Origin: Pyrodictiaceae archaeon
GTDB lineage: Archaea; Thermoproteota; Thermoprotei_A; Sulfolobales; Pyrodictiaceae
Assembly: GCA_027036135.1 (NCBI GenBank)
Contig: JALVSY010000007.1
Coordinates: 132,880-196,879, forward strand
DNA length: 64,000 bases
Reading direction: 5' to 3'
Shown: piece after piece, positions 39,235-48,552 of the stretch
Position numbering within the stretch: position 1 is the stretch's first letter
Layout of the letters: each line of letters begins with the position of its first letter
Program-made: the position numbers and the translations under genes
The notes under the pieces: generated by a model
The model's input: only the letters and a program-made list of their open reading frames with translations
Databases searched by the model: none
Told to the model about the DNA's origin: nothing

Positions 39235-41286
39235 TTATTGGCGCCTCACATGTATGGAGTAGAAAGAATCTATACTCGCAAAGAAGCCTGGCGGCACCAG
39301 TGCTGTGCTCTCATCGCTCTCGATAACCGCTGGGCCCTCTATCTCGGCGCCTGGGCGTAGCTCTAGGCGCCAGTACACCGGTGTATCCACCCACCCTGTC
39401 TCCTCGAAGAAGACTCGTCTTGTTCTCCGAGGCTCTGGCCTATACGGTCTTGGCTCGCTTCTTGGGAGCCTTGGCTTCGGTATAGCACCTATAGCTACTA
39501 TCCTTGCGTTGACTATTGCTACTGGCTCGCCTCTCATATCGTAGCCATAGCGGGCTCTGTGCTTCTCGTGGAAGGCTTCCACGGCCTCTGCTATGTTGCC
39601 GCGGTAGGGGACTATGAGCTCGTAGGCTTGGCCTAGGTAGCGCATGTCTAGTAGCCTCGTGATCCTTATGTCTCCCTGCTTTACTCCCTCCGATACTAGC
39701 ATCTGGGTTGCCTCCTGCTCTAGCTCGCTGTATATCCTTTCCAACTCCTCCTCGGAGACCTCGTCTGCTCTCTTAACAACTGCTTTGTGGAGGTCGTGAC
39801 GATAATCAGTGACTAGGAGGCCTAGGGCTGAGAAGACTCCGGGAAGCGGGGGAACTATGACCTCCCTTACCCCAATCTCGGCCGCGAGGGCTGCTGCATG
39901 CAGGGGCCCTGCTCCCCCGAAGGCGTACATCGAGAACTCTCTTGGATCATGGCCCCTCTCAACGCTGACTAAGCGGAGCCCACGAGCCATCACGGTGTTA
40001 GAGATCCTTATTATCGATGAGGCTAGCTCAACTATATCCATCCCGAGTTTCTCGGCTAGCTTGGCGAGCGCCTTCTCCGCCAGGTCTCTGTGTAGCTTGA
40101 CTCTTCCACCAGCTAGCTCGTCGGACAACCTGCCAAGGACATAGTTGGCATCCGTTATCGTTGGCTCTGTGCCGCCACGGCCATAGCAGGCTGGGCCTGG
40201 CTCGGCTCCAGCGCTCACGGGTCCTACGCGGAGAGCGCCGCCGGGGTCTATCCAGGCTATTGTGCCCCCGCCTGCGCTGACCTCTGCTAGGTCTATGTAG
40301 GGGTACCTAACGGGGTACCCGGAGCCTCTTAGGAGGCGGCCCATGTGGACCCTGCCGCCTACCTCATACTCCTGCACCACGAGTGGCTCTCCGTTAACAA
40401 CTGTCGAGGCCTTCGCCGTGGTACCGCCCATGTCGAAGCCGAGGGCCTTCCCGATACCCATTAGCTTAGAGAAGTGGGCTACCGCTACTGCTCCTGCTGC
40501 TGGCCCGCTCTCGATGAACGCTGCAGGGTACCTGGTGGCTTCATCGCTGCCGGCTACGCCGCCGCTGCTCTGCATTACGAGGAACTTGCCTCTGAACCCT
40601 CTCCTCCTCAGCTCCTCGACTACTCTCTCTATGTAGCGGGCTAGGAGGGGCTTGAACAGCCCGTTTACCACCGTGGTACTTGTTCTCTCATACTCCTTTG
40701 GCTGGGGATCCGTCTCGTAGCTAGTGACGACTATTGCGCCTGGGCATTCCTCCTCTATTATCTGCTTAGCTCGATGCTCGTGGCTTGGGTTGCGGTAGCT
40801 ATGTAGGAAGCTTATTATGAAGACCTCTGCTTCCCGGCACCACTGCCTAGCTATTCTGCGGACCTGGTTCTCGTCCAGCGGCTCTAGCTCCGAGCCATCG
40901 GGGCCTATGCGGCCCCTTACCCCTATTCTCCGGGACCGTGGGACCAGGGGGGCTGGCCGCTGGAAGAACAGGTTGTATAGCTCTGGTCTGTTCTGCCTAC
41001 CGATCTCCAGGACGTCGCGGAAACCCTCATTGGTTAACAATACTGCCTTGGGTAGGCGTAACCCAACTTGCCCCAGGAAAGTATTGGTGCCAATGGTTGA
41101 GGCATGGACTATTATCTCTACGCTGTCCAAGGCCCAGCCAAGCTTCTCGATACCCTCTATTAATCCGCGCCACGGCTCCCTCGGCGTGGTGAGCACCTTT
41201 AGGTGTAGGATCTCGCCGCTCTCATCGTCGAAGCCAACTACGTCGGTGAAGGTACCGCCTATATCTGCTCCTATACGCCTAGCCAA
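39235..41286 (-). CDS. Hydantoinase A / 5-oxoprolinase subunit (ATP-binding)
   Basis: DIGGTFTD, SGPAAG, DMGGTT, FGGAGPLHA. Confidence 0.93.
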   Translation of the reverse strand: MARRIGADIGGTFTDVVGFDDESGEILHLKVLTTPREPWRGLIEGIEKLGWALDSVEIIVHASTIGTNTFLGQVGLRLPKAVLLTNEGFRDVLEIGRQNRPELYNLFFQRPAPLVPRSRRIGVRGRIGPDGSELEPLDENQVRRIARQWCREAEVFIISFLHSYRNPSHEHRAKQIIEEECPGAIVVTSYETDPQPKEYERTSTTVVNGLFKPLLARYIERVVEELRRRGFRGKFLVMQSSGGVAGSDEATRYPAAFIESGPAAGAVAVAHFSKLMGIGKALGFDMGGTTAKASTVVNGEPLVVQEYEVGGRVHMGRLLRGSGYPVRYPYIDLAEVSAGGGTIAWIDPGGALRVGPVSAGAEPGPACYGRGGTEPTITDANYVLGRLSDELAGGRVKLHRDLAEKALAKLAEKLGMDIVELASSIIRISNTVMARGLRLVSVERGHDPREFSMYAFGGAGPLHAAALAAEIGVREVIVPPLPGVFSALGLLVTDYRHDLHKAVVKRADEVSEEELERIYSELEQEATQMLVSEGVKQGDIRITRLLDMRYLGQAYELIVPYRGNIAEAVEAFHEKHRARYGYDMRGEPVAIVNARIVAIGAIPKPRLPRSEPRPYRPEPRRTRRVFFEETGWVDTPVYWRLELRPGAEIEGPAVIESDESTALVPPGFFASIDSFYSIHVRRQ

Positions 41287-41596
41287 AACACATGCACCCG
41301 GAAACTATGTAAATATAGCTAAGGCAAAATAGTATCACTGCTTATCAATAATGCGCTTTATTGTTTGAATCCCTGCTGCAAACGTAATGAATAATGGTAT
41401 CGTTCTAATATATTCTTCCACGAAGGACATGTTGTTGGGTAATACTGGGGCAGTGCTCTCTAGCCTATTTTTCAACAGAATAGGTTCGGGTGGGGGTGAG
41501 GGAGTGGTTATTAGGCATAAGCGCTTCTTCCCCGACGCCGCGCCAGTGATCACGCCGCGCGCTGCACCGCTAATGGAGCCCGGCATAGGCCTATGC

Positions 41597-43009
41597 CTAG
41601 GAGCTGCCACTATGGGCTCGAACTCCATGGGGCGGCATAGGTGACTGTCTCTCCCTCTTTTTTCGCAGAGTCTTCATTATCAATGAGTAGTCAGCAACCA
41701 TCCTTGCCTCGTCGAGTGCTGTGAAGGGCTTATCTAGGTCCCTGATCCTCCTGGCCACTACTGCGTAGTAATTCCTAGGCCCCGTTAATCCTGTCTTAGA
41801 GCTTTTCTTCTCCAAGGCGCTGAGGATCCGCCTTGCCTCCTCTAGGTCTATGTTGCTCCACTTAGCCTCGATGAACGTTGTTGAGTCGCCGGGGCTTCGT
41901 ACAATCAGGTCTATCTCTGTGCCCCGGTGCCACCAGGGACCAGCCTCGTGAGGAGGTGTAGGCACTATTCCGAGAGAGTATAGTTCTCCTATATGGTCTC
42001 TGAGCCATTGCTCAAAGACTCTCGGGGCATAGCTCTCGGCAACCCTTCTTGCCTCGGCAACTATTTCGGGAGGGGTGCCTAGCTCTATGAGGCTCTTTAC
42101 CTTGGCTATGTAGCCGTAGTAGAACTGGAAATACGGGTCTCGTATCAATATTCTCTGGCCACGTCTATATCCAAGCGGCCGGATTCTCTCAACTATGTAT
42201 CTATGCGCGCTTCTAGGGTCTATGCCCGCTTTCTGAGCCGCCTCGCCTGGCTTCGTAGCGCCCTCGGCTATGGCTTTGAGTAATGCTGCATAGCTACGGG
42301 GCTCGCGTAGCTCCTGCCTTAGGAGCGAGGGTGCCTCCTCGAGTAGAGGGGAGCCAGGGGAAAGCACTTTCTCTAGGACATCGCCTAGGTTCTTGGAGCC
42401 GAGTGTCTGTGCTAGGTAGGCTGGGGTGCCACCGACTACACTGTATGAGAGGAGAGCATCTACTGGGTTCATTTCTGGCCAGAAGCCCCATGCCTCCAAG
42501 AGCCTTAGGGGCCGGAGTCTTATCTGAGCTGTTCTCCTCCCGTGGAGTGGGGCCCGGTAGCCTAGGAGCTTTTTCTCGAAGAAGGATACAGAGGAGCCCG
42601 ATAGGATGAGGACTAACTGGGTCCCGGAGAGCACTGTATCAATGCTCCTCATTAGCCTACTGGGGAGCGAGGGCTCGGCCTCCACGAGGTACTGGAATTC
42701 ATCAAGAACCACAGCGAGGCGCTCTCCGCGGCCAGCTATGGATTCTATTGCTTTTATAACATCGTCTCCTGGTACGTATATGCCTAGTTGCCTCCCAGTG
42801 CTCTCAGCGAACTCTCGGCTCAGCTGCTTATAGCTTAGCTCTGCCGCCTCGTAGTAGATGCCCTTGTGCCTCCTAAGCCATTCTAGTATGAGGCGTGTCT
42901 TTCCTACACGGCGTCTACCGTATATGATTACTAGCCTAAACCCTGGCCTATTCCACTCCCGCTCAAGTACACTAAGCTCAACCTCCCTATCAATGAAGGG
43001 TGTCTGCAC
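41597..43009 (-). CDS. Archaeal ATPase fused to DUF234/PD-(D/E)XK domain
   Basis: FIDREVEL, YGRRRVGKT, LDEFQYL, EIDL...EAKW. Confidence 0.88.
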   Translation of the reverse strand: MQTPFIDREVELSVLEREWNRPGFRLVIIYGRRRVGKTRLILEWLRRHKGIYYEAAELSYKQLSREFAESTGRQLGIYVPGDDVIKAIESIAGRGERLAVVLDEFQYLVEAEPSLPSRLMRSIDTVLSGTQLVLILSGSSVSFFEKKLLGYRAPLHGRRTAQIRLRPLRLLEAWGFWPEMNPVDALLSYSVVGGTPAYLAQTLGSKNLGDVLEKVLSPGSPLLEEAPSLLRQELREPRSYAALLKAIAEGATKPGEAAQKAGIDPRSAHRYIVERIRPLGYRRGQRILIRDPYFQFYYGYIAKVKSLIELGTPPEIVAEARRVAESYAPRVFEQWLRDHIGELYSLGIVPTPPHEAGPWWHRGTEIDLIVRSPGDSTTFIEAKWSNIDLEEARRILSALEKKSSKTGLTGPRNYYAVVARRIRDLDKPFTALDEARMVADYSLIMKTLRKKRERQSPMPPHGVRAHSGSS

Positions 43010-43044
43010 AGCGTACCCTAGTATTCGTATCCAGTTACGCGTAC

Positions 43045-44277
43045 CTAGATACGCTTAGCTCTCAGCGATCTACGCCTAGTCTCTAAGGCCTCTGGGAAAG
43101 GCGCTGGCTGGTAGTGCTCCTCGCTATAGTCATCGCGTATCCTCACCCAGCCGAGAAGTACTAAGCGAACATTATCGGTGCTAATCCCTTTATTCCCAGC
43201 GGGTCTAAGGACTATCTTTTCACCAGGTATGTCTAGATCCTCCACCACTGCCAGGGTGTCACCGTCATTGCTCCTAATGCCTGCTAGTAGGCCCCTAGCC
43301 CAGCCGGGGCGCAGCCACCGAGCCGGGGCATCTGGTCTTCGACGAGACTCTATGAAGACGGTGTTTGTACACGTATAGATTACTTCTTCGCTACTGATAC
43401 TGTATGGGCACAGATGAGCAGCTGGGACTCCTCGCAGCACTATGGGCTTGCTCGCGGAGAAGAGCGAGGCGTAGAGGCGCTGGCGATAGGCTCGCCTATC
43501 GCCTCGACTCCGCAGCCTAACAAGCTCCGGCGGCACACTAGGCGCTCTAACAACATCTACTCCTAGGCCGCTGAGCTCCCTTGCCAATCTCTCCTGGCCC
43601 AGCACTATAACAGTGTCTGGCTCCACAGCCTCTACCAGTGCGCGCTTGTACACAACACCCCTATGGGTTACGAAGCCATCGGTATCCATAACGTATTCTC
43701 TGCACTCACGGGCCGCGCGAGTAGTAGCTGCTATGACCAGGTCTATTACCTTCTCGGCCGAGACATGGCCGACAAAGAACCCCTTACTAGGGACGAGGTC
43801 TTGTAGGGACAAAACGTGCCCATCGCCGGGAGGGGCCAGGGACACCATGCCCGGGGTACCGAACTCGTTCTGGCCTACATCAGCCTCCACCACGCATAGT
43901 CTCAGAGCATTGCGTAGCCAGGTGCTCAGCGTAGACTTCCCGGACTCTGGTGCGCCGACGACTACTATACGCCTAGACCCGGTTTCCTCAAGCTCCTTAA
44001 CCACTCTTTGCCACTCCTCTACAAGCTCGTACCCCTTCTCAACCAGCCTATAGGCGCCATTAGCTCCGAGCCCTAAGCAGAGCCTGGAATCCTCCAAAGC
44101 GTATAGAGATGATCCGCGCTCACCCCTAACAATTATCTCGGCCCCGCCTTCCAGCACAAAACCGGTCGCCATGAAGGAGCCGCGCTCAATAACCACCTTC
44201 GCGGGGCCACTAACCCATACACCACTGCCCCTGGCTACCTCAATGCACTCCATGGCGCGTGCCCCGCTCACGCCCAT
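43045..44277 (-). CDS. Clp1/Nol9-family polynucleotide 5'-kinase
   Basis: GAPESGKST, DVGQ, DTDG, RRAYR. Confidence 0.85.
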   Translation of the reverse strand: MGVSGARAMECIEVARGSGVWVSGPAKVVIERGSFMATGFVLEGGAEIIVRGERGSSLYALEDSRLCLGLGANGAYRLVEKGYELVEEWQRVVKELEETGSRRIVVVGAPESGKSTLSTWLRNALRLCVVEADVGQNEFGTPGMVSLAPPGDGHVLSLQDLVPSKGFFVGHVSAEKVIDLVIAATTRAARECREYVMDTDGFVTHRGVVYKRALVEAVEPDTVIVLGQERLARELSGLGVDVVRAPSVPPELVRLRSRGDRRAYRQRLYASLFSASKPIVLRGVPAAHLCPYSISSEEVIYTCTNTVFIESRRRPDAPARWLRPGWARGLLAGIRSNDGDTLAVVEDLDIPGEKIVLRPAGNKGISTDNVRLVLLGWVRIRDDYSEEHYQPAPFPEALETRRRSLRAKRI

Positions 44278-44471
44278 AATGCACCGAAGTGAATCCAAAA
44301 GCCTAATGGGTGCTTCCCTCCTACAGGGTTCTCGTAATGTTTCTGGAAAGAACTGGGAGAACACGGGGAGAAAGATAAAACATAGTAAGACCCTAGTATA
44401 GCCCCCGGGAGACCCACCCCAGACCACAGAGACCTAGCAGAGCAACGAGTACCTCGTGGGGTGCGCGTGTC

Positions 44472-44690
44472 TTGGCTTTACTCATGGCGGCTCGTAGAGA
44501 GGAACACATAGTGGGCAAGTACAAAATAACCATACTCTATGACCACGAGGGTAAGCCGATAGGTGCCCTCATAGAAGGCGGGAGACTAACAAAAACACTC
44601 TATATCGCTGCAAAGGAGCGAGCTACTCCACGCCTACCAAGACAGGTGCTAAAGTTCCTCGCCAAGCACGGCTTCAACGTAAAAGCCTAG
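44472..44690 (+). CDS. Small basic hypothetical protein
   Basis: ORF with GGGGTG SD upstream. Confidence 0.7.
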   Translation: MALLMAARREEHIVGKYKITILYDHEGKPIGALIEGGRLTKTLYIAAKERATPRLPRQVLKFLAKHGFNVKA

Positions 44691-44699
44691 AGGCGGCTC

Positions 44700-44764
44700 G
44701 GCCGTCGGGGCTCTATTCATCGGCTCCGAGGGCCTCGATTCAACGAAAAAGCCTCCTCACAGCC
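44700..44764 (-). ncRNA. Candidate C/D-box sRNA
   Basis: GGCU-GUGAGGA-guide-UUGA-(CGAG/CUCG hairpin)-CGAUGA-guide-CCGA-CGGCC; all boxes are variants. Confidence 0.35.
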
Positions 44765-44809
44765 CACTTTCTCCCGATTTCTCCTCGCCCCCTAGCTCAG
44801 TGCCTAGCA

Positions 44810-45619
44810 CTAAGGAACTTGTTCTACCTCGATTCCCTGGTGATCTACGTAGCCTTCTTTAGTAATTGTACCTAGTCCCGACCTGTTTGCCTCAAACCCG
44901 GGACTGCCGAGGAAGAGTTGCTCGAGTTCCTTAGCTAGCTTCTCGGGCTTTGTCTCGGTGCTACGTATCACTGATGAACCGTCTCGGCTGAACCAGTAGA
45001 TTCTCGAGTAATGGCTCGTTATGAGTACTCTAACGCTCTCAGAGAAGTCCTTTTTATCAGCGACTAGTATAAGGTTCTCGATTAAACTTAGCCTATGTGT
45101 AGCATAGCCTGCTACAACGTACCCGTAGTCCTCGAGTACATTAGCCGCCTTCGCAGCTGAGTGGTCAATGAGCTTACTCATACCCATCTTTGACAAGGGA
45201 AGCAAGTTGCCATAGCCTAGCCTGTAGCTTCTCTTCTCCGAGCCCATAGTTACATGGAGTAGTGCTGGCATGTAGCCTGGTTCGACTACGAGCCTCCACC
45301 CTGTTGCTTCCTCGCTCTTTTCCTCGCGCATGTATATCCAGGGGTCAAATGCTATGAGCTCTATTAGTACTAGTTGTGTTAGGCCAGGAGGTCCGACGTG
45401 GCGACATCTAATGAAGAGCTTGTTGCTATGACTTATTGTCTCGAAGGCCTCGTAGGCTCCTATGAAGTGCGCCTTGTCGAGCCTACCCGTGCTCCTCTCG
45501 CAGTAATTCCTAACCATTTCCCTTGAGAACAGCCTCGTAATACCTATGACGACGTAGTCCAATGACCCACTACCGAGTATTTCTAGCCTATTCTTATCCG
45601 GTTCTAGGCTAGCGCGCAT
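44810..45619 (-). CDS. Hypothetical protein
   Basis: 269-aa ORF, no motif recognised. Confidence 0.7.
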   Translation of the reverse strand: MRASLEPDKNRLEILGSGSLDYVVIGITRLFSREMVRNYCERSTGRLDKAHFIGAYEAFETISHSNKLFIRCRHVGPPGLTQLVLIELIAFDPWIYMREEKSEEATGWRLVVEPGYMPALLHVTMGSEKRSYRLGYGNLLPLSKMGMSKLIDHSAAKAANVLEDYGYVVAGYATHRLSLIENLILVADKKDFSESVRVLITSHYSRIYWFSRDGSSVIRSTETKPEKLAKELEQLFLGSPGFEANRSGLGTITKEGYVDHQGIEVEQVP

Positions 45620-45626
45620 GAGGCTC

Positions 45627-46103
45627 TCACGCTCCTAGGAATTCTCCTAGCTTCTCGAGCAGTGATTCAACCCGCTTACTTATTGCCTCGAAGTGCGTCT
45701 CACCGCTAAGCCCTTCGCGCGAAGCTATAAACGCTGCCAACCCGGCATAGAACGCGTCGAGGACGATAACGCCTAGTTGATTAGCCGCGTCGCTGGCTAT
45801 GCCCCAGTACCAGTCTAGGCCCGAGCCCGGGGCAACACCCCTGCTTAGGGCATACGCCTCCAGGCCCAGCAGTACACTAGCCCAGAGCCTCCTGAAGGCC
45901 TCTGGGTACTCGCCCTTAGCTTGATGAGGCTTTGCGTGCTCTAGGCTATTCCGCGCAGCCTCTAGGAGGACACGTGGCTTCTCCTCCCCAGAGACCATGT
46001 CCAGGAGGAGACGGACCATGAGAGCCTCCGGCGTGGTTCCCCTACGCTCAGCTTCCTCGCGTAGAGCACGTAGAAGCGTCTCCGGTAAAAGGACAGAGGA
46101 CAG
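45627..46103 (-). CDS. PaREP1/HEPN-family protein with N-terminal RHH-like segment (probable CTG start)
   Basis: Frame is open upstream of ATG 46019: LSSVLLPETLLRALREEAERRGTTPEAL; body EAFRRLWASV...AYA. Confidence 0.7.
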   Translation of the reverse strand: MSSVLLPETLLRALREEAERRGTTPEALMVRLLLDMVSGEEKPRVLLEAARNSLEHAKPHQAKGEYPEAFRRLWASVLLGLEAYALSRGVAPGSGLDWYWGIASDAANQLGVIVLDAFYAGLAAFIASREGLSGETHFEAISKRVESLLEKLGEFLGA

Positions 46104-46253
46104 TAGGCTGCACCCCCATGCTATACTTATTAGGAGCTACTCCCACCCTTATTTGCAGCGCTACTTCTTTCAAAAACCTTACCAACGGGTAACCCAGGAA
46201 TATAACTCGCTCAGCCACATATACTTGTAGTATGAGGAGAGGGAGCCCCGAGA

Positions 46254-46718
46254 ATGGCTAGAGCCATAGTACCCCTTGTAGCCCTATTAGCGTTAATAGC
46301 TCTAGTAATCTCCTCCTTCGCCAGCCTAGGCACCATATTGTCGCCTAAGCCGGGAGCTAGTACTACCTGTAGGCTTGGCCCCCTAAGAGCCAACATTGGA
46401 GCAAGCTACTACGATGACTCGCTTGTAGTTAGCTACGTTATTCAACCACCTAACCCATGCTACAAAGTAGAATCAGTAATTGTACACCAAACCGGGCTAA
46501 GCGGCAACGAGGCAGACATAACATTAATGATGAGGGCGACAGGGCCCGTGCCAGGGAAGATGTGTGTACAGGTACTACCGCCGCCAGTTACTGGCGAAGC
46601 CCACATAAATGTGCTAGGGAAGCCCTTGCTGGTGAGGATAAATATGGAGCTAACACTGGTGCTTGACAACGGCTCCGTGGAGCACTATAGCTGTACCGCG
46701 CTCATAAAGAACTCATAA
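46254..46718 (+). CDS. Secreted Cys-containing small beta protein
   Basis: Signal peptide, PNPCY and MCVQVL motifs. Confidence 0.7.
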   Translation: MARAIVPLVALLALIALVISSFASLGTILSPKPGASTTCRLGPLRANIGASYYDDSLVVSYVIQPPNPCYKVESVIVHQTGLSGNEADITLMMRATGPVPGKMCVQVLPPPVTGEAHINVLGKPLLVRINMELTLVLDNGSVEHYSCTALIKNS

Positions 46719-46882
46719 AAGAGCAAAACAGGGGAGCCGTAACCCTGTGGGGAAGCAATCTTATACCTTCACGACTCCATACATCGCCATGAGGCACGTA
46801 ACACGTCCCTGGCCATCGTTTTTCAATGCTTCGCGCACTAGAGGAGCACAAGTCTCTCCGTGCCATTAGAGGTGTGTAATGC

Positions 46883-48175
46883 ATGGAGCAAGGCACTGTG
46901 CCCAGGTACTTACAGAAGCTAACCCCTGTTAACGAGGCACTCGAGATAATAAAGAAGAGGATTAAACCCATATCCGAGGCCGAGGAGCTGCCCCTTTGGC
47001 AGGCTGTTGGCAGGGTCTTAGCAGAGGATCTTAGAGCACCACACGATTTTCCTCCTAGGCCCAGGGCTGCTTATGACGGCTACGCTGTTCGCTCGGAGGA
47101 TACTCCTGGGAAGCTACGCGTCATAGGCGAGGCGCCTATAGGCCGGGTCGAGATAGAGTACCGCGTTGAGCCCGGTACGGCTGTGTATGTCTCTACGGGG
47201 GCGTATCTCCCGGAGGGAGCTGATACCGTTGTCCCCGAGGAGGCTGTGCGCCTAGAGGATGGTTACATCGTTATTGATAAGCACTTTGAGCCCGGCAAGA
47301 ACCTCGACCCCGTAGGCTTCTATGCCAAGAAGGGCCAAGTCCTTCTACCCAAGGGCTACGTGCTAACAGAGCTAGACATAGTGGGTCTACTAGACATAGC
47401 AGTGACGAGGGCAAAGGTTTACCGGGAGATAAGGGTAGGGATAATCGCGACTGGGACAGAGTTATTTGAGCCAACGAGCCCCGAGGAGGCAGAGAAGCGC
47501 ATACTCAGAGGAGAGGTAGCGGAGACAACGGCGAAGCTCATAGAGAGCATGATAAACCGCTATACCCCCTGGGCTCGCGTGGTTAGGAGAATACTATTAC
47601 CAGACCATATAGATACTATCGAGTGGGTGCTCCGGCGCCAGACAAGCGGCCTAGACCTAGTCATAATGACTGGTGGCACGGGGCCAAGCGAGGTGGATCC
47701 CTTCTACCAGCTAGCCGAGAGGATGAACGCGGAGGTGCTGTTCCGGGGCCTCTTCGTGAGAGGCGGTAGACCGACCTCTGCGGCGATCCTGCAAAACGGG
47801 GTCCTGCTCCTAGCGCTCTCCGGGCACCCAGTCTCAGCGCTACACGGCTTCCTAAGGCTCCTATACCATGTGCTCAAGCACATGGGCAATGTTGAGCGGG
47901 CAGGAGAGCCACCGATACAAGGCTACGCAGCGTTAGCCTCACCGCTTAAGTCAAAGAGGCCCGAACCAGTTAAGGCGAAGCTCTATTACCGTGATGGCGT
48001 GCTAGTAGCTGAGCCGTTGCCGCGGGAGAGACAATTATCCTCGGTCACGGTTAGCAACGTGGAGGCCGACGGAATACTCCTAGTCGATAAAAAGGAGTAC
48101 GAGCCAGGCGAACTAGTACCAGTAATGATATACCGAGAACCAGTACCACTACCAACAAAGGAGCAAGAGGGGTAA
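46883..48175 (+). CDS. moeA: Molybdopterin molybdotransferase
   Basis: GRVLAED, DGYAVRS, TGAYLPEGAD, TGTEL, SGHPVS. Confidence 0.92.
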   Translation: MEQGTVPRYLQKLTPVNEALEIIKKRIKPISEAEELPLWQAVGRVLAEDLRAPHDFPPRPRAAYDGYAVRSEDTPGKLRVIGEAPIGRVEIEYRVEPGTAVYVSTGAYLPEGADTVVPEEAVRLEDGYIVIDKHFEPGKNLDPVGFYAKKGQVLLPKGYVLTELDIVGLLDIAVTRAKVYREIRVGIIATGTELFEPTSPEEAEKRILRGEVAETTAKLIESMINRYTPWARVVRRILLPDHIDTIEWVLRRQTSGLDLVIMTGGTGPSEVDPFYQLAERMNAEVLFRGLFVRGGRPTSAAILQNGVLLLALSGHPVSALHGFLRLLYHVLKHMGNVERAGEPPIQGYAALASPLKSKRPEPVKAKLYYRDGVLVAEPLPRERQLSSVTVSNVEADGILLVDKKEYEPGELVPVMIYREPVPLPTKEQEG

Positions 48176-48228
48176 CCCAGCAAGTACTTATACTATGAAC
48201 ATGCTTTTATTTACCTGGTGGGAAACAC

Positions 48229-48537
48229 GTGCCACTATACGTTATCCTATCCAAGCTAACCGATAAAGGCGCACAAACAGTTTTCAAGAAGCCGGAGAGA
48301 ATCCTAGAGGTGAACAAGGAGCTCGAGGAAATGGGGCTAAGAGTAATCCACCAGTACCTTGTCTTCGGTGACTAGGATTTCTTAAACATAGTTGAGGCCC
48401 GGAACAACGAAGCCCTCGCAGCAGCACTGATAAACCTGAACATAAGGGGCACTATAAGAACAACTACCTACAAGCTAATGAGCATCGACGAGTTAATAAA
48501 AGCGGTCAAGAAGACCGCAGAGAAGAAAGAAGACTAA
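48229..48537 (+). pseudogene. GYD-domain protein with amber stop in the motif
   Basis: MPLYVILSKLTDKG...YLVFGD*DFLNIVEA (TAG 48373-48375); the frame continues to TAA 48537. Confidence 0.75.
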
Positions 48538-48552
48538 GGAACTGATATTGCT

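Noticed and set aside
24334-48375. In-frame TAGs in a PIN gene and the GYD gene as amber recoding or pyrrolysine
   Set aside because: Each is one substitution from the likely original codon (GAG, TAC/TAT), TAG is a normal stop in many genes here, and no pyl genes are present.
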